Assembly (NCBI GenBank): GCA_018061145.1
Contig: JAGOUR010000005.1
Location: forward strand, 1-59,929
From: Minisyncoccota bacterium
GTDB lineage: Bacteria > Patescibacteriota > Minisyncoccia > Phycocordibacterales > UBA9973
Reading direction: 5' to 3'
DNA length: 59,929 bases
Position numbers and translations under genes: made by a program. Below the pieces are notes generated by a model that made no database searches, was not told the DNA's origin, and saw only the letters and a list, made by a program, of their open reading frames with translations. Shown in pieces: positions 58,698 to 59,929 of this stretch (position 1 is the stretch's first letter; every line of letters begins with the position of its first letter).

Positions 58698-58762
58698 ATT
58701 TTAGGTGTATAATGGACACACAAAAAGACAGTATCTAGTATTATTTTTTTATAAAAAAGACA

Positions 58763-59641
58763 ATGAACGACCAAAAAGACAACCTAAAAAACAAAGAGAC
58801 AAATACCAAAAGTAAGTACACTGGTGACTTCGTCCGTAATGATAAAAATGTTGATAATAAAGATGTTTATGCTTTTGTCTTGAAAAAGACAGAGAAGCTA
58901 GTGGCAGCCCTTTATATGGTCACGGACTGTATGGATGCTGATGACGCCATAAAGATGAAGATGAGACTGCTGGGGGTAGATGTCCTATCTGCTGTACATA
59001 AAATACCTGTCCTTTCTCCCTCAGAAAAACATGCACACATTACATCTACTAGACTCGAGATAAATGAGATTGTATCTCTGGTGGACATATCTGCAACGAT
59101 CGGTTTTATCTCAGAGATGAATGCTAATATCTTGCGACGAGAGTTCAATGTTTTGATACACGAATTAGGGCTCCATCAGGGTAGGACCGGGGTCAAAAAT
59201 GAAGACAGTGACAGGTTTGAGAATCGTAAGATTTCAGAATTTATTTTGTCCGATGAAATGTTCAAGATCGATAAATCGGAGTCTCCATCCCTGGGTGTAA
59301 CTTCTCCAGAGTCTTTGGCTTTAATAGGACACAAAAAGACAGGATTATCTGCTGGGTTGAGTAACAGACTCAGCAATCTCCCTGCTAGGCTTAACGGACA
59401 GATAAAAGATAAAGGACACCTTGAGTTGTCTCAGCCAAAAGAAGACAGGTCTCAAAAAATAAAGGATATAATAAAGGACAAAGGAGGGGAGTTCGGTTTG
59501 TCTATAAAGGACATATCTGTGTCATTTTCTGAATGCTCAGAAAAGACAATCCAGCGCGAATTGAACACTCTCGTCTCTTTAGGACAGATCAAAAAAACAG
59601 GGGAGAAAAGATGGAGTAGATATCAGTCGATTAGTGGCTAG
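58763..59641 (+). CDS. Protein with N-terminal helical bundle and C-terminal winged HTH (DeoR-like)
   Basis: KKTEKLVAALYMVT..EINEIVSL..ISEMNANIL helices. C-terminal SIKDIS..CSEKTIQRELNTLV..GEKRWSRY wHTH. Confidence 0.7.
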   Translation: MNDQKDNLKNKETNTKSKYTGDFVRNDKNVDNKDVYAFVLKKTEKLVAALYMVTDCMDADDAIKMKMRLLGVDVLSAVHKIPVLSPSEKHAHITSTRLEINEIVSLVDISATIGFISEMNANILRREFNVLIHELGLHQGRTGVKNEDSDRFENRKISEFILSDEMFKIDKSESPSLGVTSPESLALIGHKKTGLSAGLSNRLSNLPARLNGQIKDKGHLELSQPKEDRSQKIKDIIKDKGGEFGLSIKDISVSFSECSEKTIQRELNTLVSLGQIKKTGEKRWSRYQSISG

Positions 59642-59651
59642 TAGCTAGGGG

Positions 59652-59758
59652 CTAGTCACTAGAAACTAACTACTAAAACCTAACCCCCTAGTCACTAGAA
59701 ACTAGCTACTAAAACCTAACCCCCTAGTAACTAGAAACTAACTACTAGAACCTGACCC
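59652..59758 (+). repeat. Tandem repeat, 36-bp unit x3, built from CTA-initiated heptamers
   Basis: CTAGTCACTAGAAACTAACTACTAAAACCTAACCCC at 59652, 59688 (1 mismatch) and 59724 (3 mismatches). No spacers. Confidence 0.9.
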
Positions 59759-59760
59759 AT

Positions 59761-59769
59761 TTATCCACA
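59761..59769 (+). promoter_or_regulatory. Single consensus DnaA box
   Basis: TTATCCACA. Confidence 0.4.
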
Positions 59770-59929
59770 GATATGCTTGATTTTGCTTGCATATATACAG
59801 AGGGGTGTTATATAATGGATGTACATCTAGTACTGGCTTTTTTGGCCAATATGTGCTAGTATGTAAGTAGCCCTCATACTTTAATGAGGGGCGATCATTG
59901 AAAACAAAATACCGTGCAATTTGATACCG

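Noticed and set aside
59652-59758. 36-bp repeats as a CRISPR array
   Set aside because: The units are directly adjacent with no unique spacers, and there are no cas genes.
59761-59769. Replication origin
   Set aside because: Only one DnaA box, and no dnaA/dnaN in the window.
1-59929. Alternative genetic code (UGA=Gly, code 25)
   Set aside because: Conserved genes are full length under code 11, with no in-frame TGA interruptions.

Overview
Compact, AT-rich bacterial chromosome segment read in genetic code 11. It most likely comes from a Patescibacteria (CPR) / Parcubacteria genome. This is inference from rplK lacking rplA, a five-member Cys-rich paralog family, mostly leaderless gene starts, a type IV pilus operon and very short intergenic spacers. 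Housekeeping genes: RluA-family synthase, rplS, tRNA-Leu(GAG), tRNA-His(GTG), rpsL, rpsG, fusA, tpiA, pgk, recJ, rnhA, comEC, secE, nusG, rplK, efp, recA, ftsK. Accessory highlights: (1) five ~570-aa Cys-rich Zn-ribbon/repeat paralogs in two tandem arrays, with nearly identical DNA at the ends but divergent cores; (2) a B12 scavenging module made of class II RNR NrdJ, an ECF S-component, a cobalamin riboswitch, a DUF4430-like protein and a transcobalamin-like alpha/alpha-barrel surface protein, plus a PduO adenosyltransferase 15 kb away; (3) two TAAA-flanked MITE-like units with co-varying terminal inverted repeats beside a small GIY-YIG nuclease, splitting the str operon; (4) several small structured non-coding elements: one antisense to the tRNA-His 3' end, one in the nusG leader, one inserted in frame into a CxxC motif, and heptamer-based repeats on both sides of a helical-bundle/wHTH gene. 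All calls come from reading motifs by eye; no database searches were run.
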